DNA of 64,000 nucleotides, taken from the IMG/VR virus record IMGVR_UViG_3300020055_000005, positions 87,190 to 151,189 of that record. The stretch is one strand, 5' to 3'. Origin of the DNA: a virus. The position numbers and the translations under genes were made by a program. The notes under the pieces are model-generated. The model saw nothing but the letters and a program-made list of their open reading frames with translations. It did no database searches and was not told where the DNA came from. This document shows, piece after piece, positions 38,232 through 46,901 of the stretch; positions within the stretch are counted from its first letter, which is position 1; each line of letters opens with the position of its first letter.

Positions 38232-38504
38232 CTACTTTTTTTCAGGCGTCTCCTGTAGTTCATCGGTTTGTCTGTCAACCTCATCTGCAACAGTGTCTAC
38301 TACACCTATTACAGTTTCAGTTGCGAGAGTACCGACTGATACTACATCGTCTGCTACTGCTGTTGCAACGGTTCTTGTTCCTTTTACTGCACCGTCAACA
38401 ACACCAGTTGTAAATTCTTTACCACCTTCAATTACACTACCAACTGTAGCGCATGATGGAAGTAATACCACAGAAAATAGTAACATATACATTACTATTT
38501 TCAT
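38232..38504 (-). CDS. Small lipoprotein; probable -1 frameshift extension to 38140
   Basis: Lipobox-like LPSC, amphipathic G/V/T repeats; A_AAA_AAG directly before TAG. Confidence 0.7.
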   Translation of the reverse strand: MKIVMYMLLFSVVLLPSCATVGSVIEGGKEFTTGVVDGAVKGTRTVATAVADDVVSVGTLATETVIGVVDTVADEVDRQTDELQETPEKK

Positions 38505-38567
38505 AATTATCTCCAAATTTGGATAAATCTGTTACACCTCCAACTGAGAGTGTAACCCCACATTTAT

Positions 38568-38843
38568 TTATGTAAGATAACAACCTGAAGACTTTAGTTT
38601 GAGGTCAATCTCGTTATGCACCTCGTATGGGTATGGTACTGGTTCTATAGATAGATTTTCTGCAGCTATCATTAGGTCTTCTAATCTGAGTCTTTCTTTG
38701 ACGTATGTAATAATAATCACTATTGCACCTATAAATGCGAATATGTGTAACATTTCATTTGGAAACATAATCGTAAGTCCAATAATATGTGCAACCAGCA
38801 CACTATACACATAAAACTTTATACTAATCAGTAGGTGCCACAT
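38568..38843 (-). CDS. Membrane protein
   Basis: Two TMs. Confidence 0.6.
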   Translation of the reverse strand: MWHLLISIKFYVYSVLVAHIIGLTIMFPNEMLHIFAFIGAIVIIITYVKERLRLEDLMIAAENLSIEPVPYPYEVHNEIDLKLKSSGCYLT

Positions 38844-38991
38844 TCAACAACAAATCCTTAAACTCATTCGTGTGCCAATAACTATCTAATGTGATATCAA
38901 CTACTAGTGCAATCAATACCATTGTTAAGATAATCCCCAAATATAAATTGACGAATGCATTAATTTTCATCCATCGTATCAAGTGTTTCAT
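38824..38991 (-). CDS. Small membrane protein (55 aa)
   Basis: MKHLIRWMKINAFVNLYLGIILTMVLIALVV... Confidence 0.6.
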   Translation of the reverse strand: MKHLIRWMKINAFVNLYLGIILTMVLIALVVDITLDSYWHTNEFKDLLLNVAPTD

Positions 38992-39218
38992 TTTCTATTC
39001 CTAATAAATTCTAATTCTTTTTCCCAATTCCTTTTGTTAGTTTCTGCCTCACCACTACCGTGTTGTGCAAGAATTACTCGTCCACCGTCCATGTCAATAC
39101 GAATAGAATCTGTACTGACTATCTCACCATATCTTCCAATAAAAACACCTGTCAATTCACCCTTAGTATCTTCAGGATGAAGACCATTTATTAATTCAAC
39201 TAACTCTTCTTTTCTCAT
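38988..39218 (-). CDS. Hypothetical protein
   Basis: Coupled to gp43 stop. Confidence 0.7.
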   Translation of the reverse strand: MRKEELVELINGLHPEDTKGELTGVFIGRYGEIVSTDSIRIDMDGGRVILAQHGSGEAETNKRNWEKELEFIRNRK

Positions 39219-41731
39219 CCAAAAAATGAATCTAATGATGCAACTGGTTCTACGTTCCAGTTGATCAGGTTAACAACTGCCTTCAGTGGTTCCACAAAGG
39301 CCTTATCAAATTGTAAATCGTGATCAACGAATCTGTGTAAATCAAACTCACGTGGAAGTGTTCCAGTGAATGAGATTACATTTTCATTGATGGGATTCGG
39401 TAGTGTCAGATATGTAAACATAATCTTCTCACCATTCTTAATCATTTCATATCGCATGTTTAACTCCTTCTTCTTGAGAAGGTGGTTGTATAACAAAGAA
39501 CCTCTAACGTGAATCGGTGTACCCTTAGAATAGATGTTAGTACTGTCTGCATACTGAATCAGGTTTTTACATCCACGTGGGAATGCAACGTCCTCTACAG
39601 GTAGGTTCCTGAAGTCCTTACGTGCAGTCTCTACGAATTCCCATAGTTCTTGTTCGTTACCCTGCATGACAACCTTGAATGCATCTTCAAGTTTCTTACG
39701 AATCCACATTGGTGTTGAAGACTTTGCAGTTTCAATACCCATCATTTTAAGTTTGGGTTCTGCGAGTCTGACACCTTCGTTATCATGTACGTTTAGTATG
39801 TACCGTTTCTTTGCAGTCCAAATACCTCTGTCTGCAATTACCTCACGTCCCATCTGCATCTTTTGTTGGAATGCATTAGTGTAATCTGCGAGGTCTTGGT
39901 AACCATTTGCAATGACATCTTCTAGTTGACTTTCTGCCTTAGTGAGGAAGTCAATGATCTTTTCTTTAGGTGTATCTTCAGGGAAGATTTGTTTAACCAT
40001 GTCATCCATGGTGATGTATACTGAGTCAGTGTCAATTGCAATCACATAGTCTTTGTTGTCAGTCTTTAACACTTCGTTGAGATACTTGTTGATTGTTTTC
40101 TCAGCCCACTGGATGGACAACTGACCACTAAGTGTAATCGCCTCTGCGAGATCAATAGAGAAGAATGCGAAGTATTGATTTGCGAGAGCACCATAAGCAG
40201 AGTTCAGTGCAATCTTACGAACCTGTTGATTGTTGTATGCACGTTTGATAAGAACATCAAGTTCCTTTCTGCGTTTAGTATCTTTGCAAACTTCACGTTC
40301 CTTCTGATACTCAATCATTCTCTTCTTCCACATCCTACGTTCATCGTAAAACTTTTCCATGAGTTCAGGAAGGAATCCTTGTTTGTCACGTTTGAACATG
40401 ACTCCGTTAGGTGTGACACTTAAATCTTGTTGTTTGGTGTAGGATAGATCACACTCTTTGTCCAACATTCGTTTGACATTAACATCTTGTCGATTACCAG
40501 TCACCATCTTCTCAGGTGAAATGTTGTATTGCATAATCAAGTGTGGATACAATGAGTTCAAGTCAAAAGACATAACCCAGTTGTGACCACCAACTAGTGG
40601 TTCCTTGACGTATGCACCTTGAATCGCATGTGTCTTATCATTACCACTCTTCAGTCTTTGAGGTGGTGTCTGAATGTTTTGATCTTTAAGGAAGTTGTAG
40701 ATGATGGTTTCCCAATACTTCACCATACCAAAGACATCAATGTAGTTACACTTCGCATTGTAGGCCATGGTTTGTGTTAGTTCTAGGAATCCTAGTTTGT
40801 CATCTAGGTCTTCAACAAGTGTAACGTCTTTGAGATTATACTCTAGGAACTTTGCATAGTCCTGTCGGTAAAGTGTATGAAGTGAACCATACTCTGAGTA
40901 ATCAATCTTACCTGTACCCAATTCAACCTGTGCGATTGCTTCTAGTTTGTAGGATGGTTGGTTGACGAATGTATGTTTACGATAGAGTTCAAGATAGTCA
41001 AGAACATTAACACCATATAAAGTGTAGACCATGTTCTTCTGATAACCTTGCGAGGTGAACTCTCTGACATCAGACATGTTCCATGGAGAAAGTTTCTTGT
41101 GTTCTCCCTCACCAAAGAGTCTGTCGATACGATTACAAAGATATGTGATATCGAAACTGTTTACGTTCCATCCTGTAACAACGTCGAACCATTCACTTCT
41201 CCAATACTTGAGGAATTCAGTAAGTAGGAATGCTTCGTTTTTACAGTTGTGATAAACGATGTCTGTTCTATTGTGTTCCCAAGGCCCGATACCAAAGACG
41301 TGTGCATCTTTACCGAATGGTTTGATGGTGATTGCATTGACTTTCTCAGTTGCAAGTGTTGGGTCAGGGAATCCATCTTCACACTCACACTCAATATCAA
41401 GTGTTGCAGTTTTAATTAGTTTAGGATTGTATTCAATGTCACCCTGAAACTTATCTGCGATGTAAGTGTAAACGTATCTGTCGTATCCATGGATTTGGAA
41501 TCCTTCGACACCTGAATACTTTTCTCTGAACTTTCTTGCACCACCCATAGAGTTGAGTTCAACAACTTCAAGTGGTCGACCATCTAATGCACGATAAGGT
41601 GTCTCACCTTTCTTGGATGGAATGAAATGTTTTGGACGATAGTTAATGGTAACCTTTTTCTTTTGGTTACCCTGATAACCTATGACAAGAATCTTGTCAC
41701 GTGTTCGTGTTACATTTGTGTAGAAATCCAT
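39215..41731 (-). CDS. gp43: Family B DNA polymerase
   Basis: DIEC exonuclease, SFDLNSLYP, KIALNSAYG, DTDS, KKRY. Confidence 0.98.
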   Translation of the reverse strand: MDFYTNVTRTRDKILVIGYQGNQKKKVTINYRPKHFIPSKKGETPYRALDGRPLEVVELNSMGGARKFREKYSGVEGFQIHGYDRYVYTYIADKFQGDIEYNPKLIKTATLDIECECEDGFPDPTLATEKVNAITIKPFGKDAHVFGIGPWEHNRTDIVYHNCKNEAFLLTEFLKYWRSEWFDVVTGWNVNSFDITYLCNRIDRLFGEGEHKKLSPWNMSDVREFTSQGYQKNMVYTLYGVNVLDYLELYRKHTFVNQPSYKLEAIAQVELGTGKIDYSEYGSLHTLYRQDYAKFLEYNLKDVTLVEDLDDKLGFLELTQTMAYNAKCNYIDVFGMVKYWETIIYNFLKDQNIQTPPQRLKSGNDKTHAIQGAYVKEPLVGGHNWVMSFDLNSLYPHLIMQYNISPEKMVTGNRQDVNVKRMLDKECDLSYTKQQDLSVTPNGVMFKRDKQGFLPELMEKFYDERRMWKKRMIEYQKEREVCKDTKRRKELDVLIKRAYNNQQVRKIALNSAYGALANQYFAFFSIDLAEAITLSGQLSIQWAEKTINKYLNEVLKTDNKDYVIAIDTDSVYITMDDMVKQIFPEDTPKEKIIDFLTKAESQLEDVIANGYQDLADYTNAFQQKMQMGREVIADRGIWTAKKRYILNVHDNEGVRLAEPKLKMMGIETAKSSTPMWIRKKLEDAFKVVMQGNEQELWEFVETARKDFRNLPVEDVAFPRGCKNLIQYADSTNIYSKGTPIHVRGSLLYNHLLKKKELNMRYEMIKNGEKIMFTYLTLPNPINENVISFTGTLPREFDLHRFVDHDLQFDKAFVEPLKAVVNLINWNVEPVASLDSFFG

Positions 41732-41754
41732 ACTGTAATGATACTACAGTAGGT

Positions 41755-41994
41755 CTATTCTGTCAAGGTAGTTCTGTCTGTATAATCGGAAAAATGTTTC
41801 TTCACCACATCTTTGATGTCTTCATAATGTGCGATAGATTCCATTTCTTTTTGGACGGTTTCAATGTGGTCACCGTGTTCTGCGACACCCACTGAATTTT
41901 TACAATGAACTAAAACATTAGTTCTGTGTTTTGCGATTTGGCCATCTGCATGTGCGATGACACTTGCGAGAATTTCACTTGTCATATCTTTCAT
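41755..41994 (-). CDS. Hypothetical protein
   Basis: GAGGA SD; NSVGVAEH motif. Confidence 0.7.
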   Translation of the reverse strand: MKDMTSEILASVIAHADGQIAKHRTNVLVHCKNSVGVAEHGDHIETVQKEMESIAHYEDIKDVVKKHFSDYTDRTTLTE

Positions 41995-41995
41995 A

Positions 41996-42283
41996 TTATT
42001 TTCCTCTTTGTCCCCTGATATTATTTCCAGTGGAGATTTTATAGTTTTGTTCAAGTTGGGGTTTCGCATCGAATACATTCAATATTTGATTTTTTGAAAA
42101 TACAAATGTGTATTCTTTTGCAAATGGTAAGTAATCACCTAAATCTACTTCCATTTTACCTTCTGCGACTTGGACAAGACATTGTTTAACATCTGTTAAC
42201 TGTACGTCTCCATTCCATAACTTTTTATAGAATCCGATTACAACTTCACCTGTTGCGAGTCTTAAACATTTTACTTTAGACAT
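41996..42283 (-). CDS. Small Sm-like-fold phage protein
   Basis: LRLATGEVVIG...YLPFA. Confidence 0.55.
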   Translation of the reverse strand: MSKVKCLRLATGEVVIGFYKKLWNGDVQLTDVKQCLVQVAEGKMEVDLGDYLPFAKEYTFVFSKNQILNVFDAKPQLEQNYKISTGNNIRGQRGK

Positions 42284-42722
42284 TCTCTAACCTTGACATT
42301 AATCTCTCTGCACGATTGGTTACTTGTTGATACCACTTTGAATCTCTTCCTTCAACTGCGGCTGTTTTCCAATCACCCTCAAGAATTGCACCATGCATTT
42401 TCTTGAATTTGGATAGTCTAGTTCTACCCATATTGAACATCATATTAACCAAGATTTGCTGGACTTCGTCAGGTAGGTTGTCAAATGTCCCATCTTCGTA
42501 TAGAGCGTCACACTCTCTGATGGCAATATTAAGGTCGTTCTCGAAACACTCTTTAACTCTTTCTTCTGAGACTGGTGTTCCAACTGGTTGACCATGTTCC
42601 TCGTCAGATTCGAGGACAAGATGACCGACTCCAAAGGTGGGATAGCCGAGGTGGTCATGATAGATTTCATATACGACTCCTTCGTCAATTTTTAGTTGTT
42701 CAAATACTGCTTCTCTATTCAC
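42276..42722 (-). CDS. T4-type lysozyme (GH24)
   Basis: DEG...YHDHLGYPTFGVGH, NMMFNMG, SKWYQQV..RA; GTG start with GGAG SD. Confidence 0.92.
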   Translation of the reverse strand: MNREAVFEQLKIDEGVVYEIYHDHLGYPTFGVGHLVLESDEEHGQPVGTPVSEERVKECFENDLNIAIRECDALYEDGTFDNLPDEVQQILVNMMFNMGRTRLSKFKKMHGAILEGDWKTAAVEGRDSKWYQQVTNRAERLMSRLENV

Positions 42723-42912
42723 CTTCTTCTCCTGTATTAAGTTCTTCACCTTGACGAATCTCTTCATTAAGGAGTGCAACCAACTCAGCATCTTTTGTAT
42801 TCTGCTCAGTTTCGTTGTCATATTCTTTTACGTCACGAAAGATGACATGCGTAGTCCCATCAGGATACGTCAGTGTCAGTTCTTTCAGTATCATTCTTCC
42901 TGTTTCTGCCAT
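42715..42912 (-). CDS. Hypothetical protein
   Basis: AAGGA SD. Confidence 0.55.
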   Translation of the reverse strand: MAETGRMILKELTLTYPDGTTHVIFRDVKEYDNETEQNTKDAELVALLNEEIRQGEELNTGEEGE

Positions 42913-43195
42913 TTTTTTCCTTCTCAAATCCTTCTTGTTCATCAATTAAGTGTACAAGAATATTACCCATTACTGTTTGTAAATCTGTATCAGTATTTAG
43001 TTCTTCTAAAGACCTACCCTTTGGGTCATTTTCAGGTAATCTTCGAATGAATCTTTCGAAACTTAATTTAACTTCATCTTCAAAGAATTGTATTTTACCA
43101 TACTGATATACACAACCTTTGAACTCACCCTCCATGATTTCAATAGCTGCCATTTCTTCGTTTTCGTTTTCAACTATTCTAAATGTTTCACTCAT
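42860..43195 (-). CDS. Hypothetical protein
   Basis: GEFKGCVYQYGKI motif common in T4-like phages. Confidence 0.7.
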   Translation of the reverse strand: MSETFRIVENENEEMAAIEIMEGEFKGCVYQYGKIQFFEDEVKLSFERFIRRLPENDPKGRSLEELNTDTDLQTVMGNILVHLIDEQEGFEKEKNGRNRKNDTERTDTDVS

Positions 43196-43196
43196 A

Positions 43197-44585
43197 TTAA
43201 AAAAAGTTTTCTAGTGTACTAACTTTTACACTTTCAAATAAATCTACTGATGGTGACTTACTGAAACACCATACATTTTCCATGTAAAGTTTATCCATAA
43301 ACTCTTCCATCTGTTCTTTATCAAAGTTTCCATCTTCGTCTTTGAATACTGCTTTACCTTGTGGTCTTTGCATGATTCTCATTCCCAGTTGTCCTAAGAA
43401 ATTTGGTAATAACATTTGTACGAGTTCATCACCTGACCTGTATCTTTTACCTTTGACTTTGGGGTCAAGAATGTTTACAAGTAGAACACCTGTATCACTC
43501 AATGCATCAAAAGATTTTTGTGACACTGGTAGATAAAAGTCGTCTCTCCACTTGTCATATTCATTAAACTTTGACCATGATTGATCTTCTTCATGTTCTC
43601 CACCCTTGTTGTACTCTTCCGTTGAAAAGTATGGTGGTGATGTGAATGCACAATCAATAGGTGGTAGTGTATGATATGGTAAGTCTTCTGCACCACATCG
43701 ATATATCTCTACTTTCTTAGAACCAATACATGAGAAATAATTATCCTGTTCTATGATGTCAGGTTCTTTACCTGTAAGTATCTTTTCATATTCGATACAC
43801 TGTATTTTATATCTAGTGAATGTATATGGGTTAGGGTCACAACCAATGTAGTGTGATGCATTCGATGTATAGAACCCACATAATCTATCACCCCATCCAC
43901 ATGAAGTGTCAAGAACTGTTTGTGCATTAGTCATTGCATAGATAGTTCTTGCAACGTTTGGTTTAAATTGTGTTGCGATGTATGTTCCTAATCTAAATGC
44001 AGAGATATAACTCTTCTCATCTAGTTTACCACCAATAAGTTTTTCTTCTTCAGTACCATCAACACTTTTAACTATGGTCTTCTTAACCTCATTGATACCT
44101 CTCCATATAGGGCCTAGACACCTCCATATTTCTTTTGCAGTACCATTTGTCCATACATCTATTGGTGCTTTGAAACCATAACTTCCACAGTTAAGTCTCA
44201 AGTCTTGGTGAAAATAATTTGATGCATCATTGTATTGTGATGGTGCATCGATAAAACCCAATCCATACTCTTGGAAGTTGTAAGAGTAATCATCATATTT
44301 CTCTAACACTTCTTTCTGCAAATCTTTAAATGCAGTCATTATGGAAAATGGGTCTGAGTCACGAAGTTTCAGAAAAGTAGTTCTCATCTTTTCTTCAGAG
44401 ATTTTCTTTAATGGAAACTCAGGACGTTCTTTCGCAATAAACTCTGCGAGAGTTTCACGAAATAAATCTTTTCCGTATTCCTCAGTTACACGTTCAAAAG
44501 TGGGGTTATCCAAGATAGGTAACCCCACTGAATTTGAATGTTCCCTAAGAACTTGGTATAAGTTATCTGATGTTTGCAAGGACAT
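43197..44585 (-). CDS. Amino-type DNA methyltransferase (N6-A/N4-C)
   Basis: LDTSCGWG SAM motif, FTSPPY catalytic motif. Confidence 0.85.
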   Translation of the reverse strand: MSLQTSDNLYQVLREHSNSVGLPILDNPTFERVTEEYGKDLFRETLAEFIAKERPEFPLKKISEEKMRTTFLKLRDSDPFSIMTAFKDLQKEVLEKYDDYSYNFQEYGLGFIDAPSQYNDASNYFHQDLRLNCGSYGFKAPIDVWTNGTAKEIWRCLGPIWRGINEVKKTIVKSVDGTEEEKLIGGKLDEKSYISAFRLGTYIATQFKPNVARTIYAMTNAQTVLDTSCGWGDRLCGFYTSNASHYIGCDPNPYTFTRYKIQCIEYEKILTGKEPDIIEQDNYFSCIGSKKVEIYRCGAEDLPYHTLPPIDCAFTSPPYFSTEEYNKGGEHEEDQSWSKFNEYDKWRDDFYLPVSQKSFDALSDTGVLLVNILDPKVKGKRYRSGDELVQMLLPNFLGQLGMRIMQRPQGKAVFKDEDGNFDKEQMEEFMDKLYMENVWCFSKSPSVDLFESVKVSTLENFF

Positions 44586-45072
44586 TTTCAGGTGTTGAAA
44601 CCTCATAAGGGTCTGTTGCACAATTATCTTCGCAACCTTCCTCAATGAAACTTTGAATAACTTTACCGTCTTCGATTACAACTGCATATCTCCATGATCT
44701 TGCACCGAATCCTAAGTTCTCCTTTTTAACAAGTGAACCAAACAAAGATGAGAACTCTGCATTACCATCAGGTAGTGCGATGAGATTTTCAACTTGTAAT
44801 TCTTTGAACCATGCATTCATAGTAAATGTATCATTTACTGATAGACAATAGATTGCATCAATCCCTTTATCAAAGAATTGATCTGCAAGTTTATCAAAGC
44901 CTGGAACTTGATTGTTTGAACAAGTAGGGGTAAATGCGCCTGGCAAACCAAACAACACTACTTTCTTACCTGCAAAAAGTTCACCTGTACTCAGGGTTGT
45001 CCAATCCCCATCAACTCTGGCAGGGAATGTAACGTCAGGTACTGGAGTACCATATTCAATATTAAAGTTCAT
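44563..45072 (-). CDS. Peroxiredoxin (Prx5 type)
   Basis: LPGAFTPTCS, SVND, DGN, RSWRY. Confidence 0.95.
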   Translation of the reverse strand: MNFNIEYGTPVPDVTFPARVDGDWTTLSTGELFAGKKVVLFGLPGAFTPTCSNNQVPGFDKLADQFFDKGIDAIYCLSVNDTFTMNAWFKELQVENLIALPDGNAEFSSLFGSLVKKENLGFGARSWRYAVVIEDGKVIQSFIEEGCEDNCATDPYEVSTPENVLANIR

Positions 45073-45142
45073 AATATATTTCTCCTATAGGAATACAACC
45101 TCCATTATAACATAGAGGTTGTATATATGTATAGGGGGTTTT

Positions 45143-45562
45143 TTAAGAGATTTTGATTGAAACTGGTTTCTTCTCTTCAGGAATCACCCTCTCAAGTGCA
45201 ACACTCAAGATACCATTCTTTAAAGATGCACCTGACACTACAATTTCATCTGATAGTGTAAATGTTCTTTTGAATGATCTAGATGCAAGACCTTTATGAA
45301 TAAAGTCTTGTTCATCTTTTGATTCCACCTTACCTTCGATAGTAAGAATCTCTGCCTCTTTTGAGATTGAGATTTCTTTCTTATCAAATCCTGCAACTGC
45401 AAGTTCCACACGATAATGTTCATCATCGTCTTTCACAATGTTGTAAGGGGGGTAAGAAATATTAGATGGGACTGTTGAAGCCTTTTCTAAAAGTTGAAGA
45501 GTTCTGTCGAACCCAATTGCGAATGGGAATGATCTCCCATAGATATCGTCAAAGATAGTCAT
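45143..45562 (-). CDS. Small heat-shock protein (Hsp20, IbpA-like)
   Basis: IGFDR, YPPYNI, LAVAGF, NGIL. Confidence 0.95.
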   Translation of the reverse strand: MTIFDDIYGRSFPFAIGFDRTLQLLEKASTVPSNISYPPYNIVKDDDEHYRVELAVAGFDKKEISISKEAEILTIEGKVESKDEQDFIHKGLASRSFKRTFTLSDEIVVSGASLKNGILSVALERVIPEEKKPVSIKIS

Positions 45563-45568
45563 TTGTTT

Positions 45569-45585
45569 CTCCTTTAATAAGCAAG
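45569..45585 (-). promoter_or_regulatory. ROSE-like RNA thermometer hairpin
   Basis: CUUGCU opposite SD AAGGAG directly before the sHSP start. Confidence 0.7.
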
Positions 45586-45744
45586 TTTAAATAAAATACC
45601 TAACCTCTTTTGAGCATTAGGGCGTATGTTCTCTTTGCAACCGAGCTTCGAAAAGCTCTTTTGAAGTCACAAAGAGATCATACTAAGTTGTATGATCTCA
45701 TTATATAAAATAATAAATCATACTAAAACTCTCAAATCTGTGTG

Positions 45745-45845
45745 GTAGTAGGATTGTTTATCTTACGAAGAACTCTCCCTTACCTTTCCATCAAGAGGTG
45801 ACTTCCGTAGTAGGATTGTTTATCTTACGAAGAACTCTCCCTTAC
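45745..45845. repeat. Two identical 39-bp direct repeats separated by a 23-bp spacer
   Basis: GTAGTAGGATTGTTTATCTTACGAAGAACTCTCCCTTAC at 45745-45783 and 45807-45845. Confidence 0.95.
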
Positions 45846-45931
45846 TTCAGTCGATGTTCAGAGTGGTATCCAGTAAACTGGTCACTCTTCTATAATGCAG
45901 TCTAAATTAATAAAAAAATAAACTGCATTTT

Positions 45932-45949
45932 TATTTATACATTATAACA
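45932..45949 (-). promoter_or_regulatory. Tandem extended -10 and T4 late promoter
   Basis: TGT-TATAAT followed by TATAAATA. Confidence 0.65.
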
Positions 45950-46057
45950 CACTTTTTTGTGAAAAAAAAGGTATTTTTTTTAATGTTAGAAATTTATTAC
46001 AAATCTTATGGAACCGATTTCGTTTCATAAACTTATCAAATTTTTTGAATAACCTCT

Positions 46058-46354
46058 TCATGCTATCCTCTCAACTAAATCTGAAAATCTACAGGTTTTA
46101 AAACCGTAGGTGCTATACACTTTGTAGGTATTTTTTATGACGTTGCGATTCTCAAAAGATTTCTTTCCTCTGAGACAGTCAGGTGTGAGTATTTGGCCTT
46201 CGTAAAATGACCCATCATGAAGTTCAAATTCTATAACGTTATCTTTATAGAAAATAACTTGTTTCACTTCGGACTTCTTTAGTGTTTTGTCTTCGTCTGC
46301 TGTTGCTGGAAGTCCGAGAAGTAGCAAGGCAGACACTAATGCATATCTTAGCAT
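46058..46354 (-). CDS. Small secreted protein
   Basis: Signal peptide ending ATA; AGGAG SD. Confidence 0.7.
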   Translation of the reverse strand: MLRYALVSALLLLGLPATADEDKTLKKSEVKQVIFYKDNVIEFELHDGSFYEGQILTPDCLRGKKSFENRNVIKNTYKVYSTYGFKTCRFSDLVERIA

Positions 46355-46447
46355 ATCTATCTCCTATTGTTGTTGTTACTTTCTGCGACATGGTCTTTTT
46401 CGTTTCCTACTTGACTCATTTCTGTCACATAATTGTAACATTAGTAT

Positions 46448-46657
46448 TTAGTCGTTTTGTATGCTAAGGATTGTATCTATTTGAATATCGTGGTATGATG
46501 AAGTGTCACAATCCCATACTATAATCTTGTCTGAATCTGTTTGAAATTTTCTAGGGATAGTGCATCTTCTTTTATGCACCTTATCGGATGTAAGAGATTG
46601 GTACTCTACAACTTTCTCTTGTTTGTATAACTCTTTAAATACTTGCTGGAATGTCAT
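46448..46657 (-). CDS. Hypothetical protein
   Basis: Operon context. Confidence 0.6.
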   Translation of the reverse strand: MTFQQVFKELYKQEKVVEYQSLTSDKVHKRRCTIPRKFQTDSDKIIVWDCDTSSYHDIQIDTILSIQND

Positions 46658-46874
46658 CTGTCTTTTCTTTAAACACGATGTTTGCAATTCCTAGTTTATT
46701 ACGTCTCACTATTTCATTCTTAACTTTCTGTCTTAACTTAGGAACTACAGGTTTGTTATAAGCTTCCATTAGTTCTTGGTTAGACTTAGTCTTCATGTAC
46801 TCATGTACAATAGAAACTTTCTTTGTAGCACGATCTATTTGTTTTGAAGTTTTTCCAAATTTCACTGGCATCAT
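46635..46874 (-). CDS. Hypothetical basic protein
   Basis: GGAG SD, late-type promoter. Confidence 0.7.
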   Translation of the reverse strand: MMPVKFGKTSKQIDRATKKVSIVHEYMKTKSNQELMEAYNKPVVPKLRQKVKNEIVRRNKLGIANIVFKEKTDDIPASI

Positions 46875-46901
46875 TCTCTCCGTTATTATTATTATTTTTA
46901 T

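Noticed and set aside
45745-45845. Formal CRISPR array annotation
   Set aside because: Only two repeats, a short spacer, no cas genes and no repeat family I recognise; kept as a repeat and a finding
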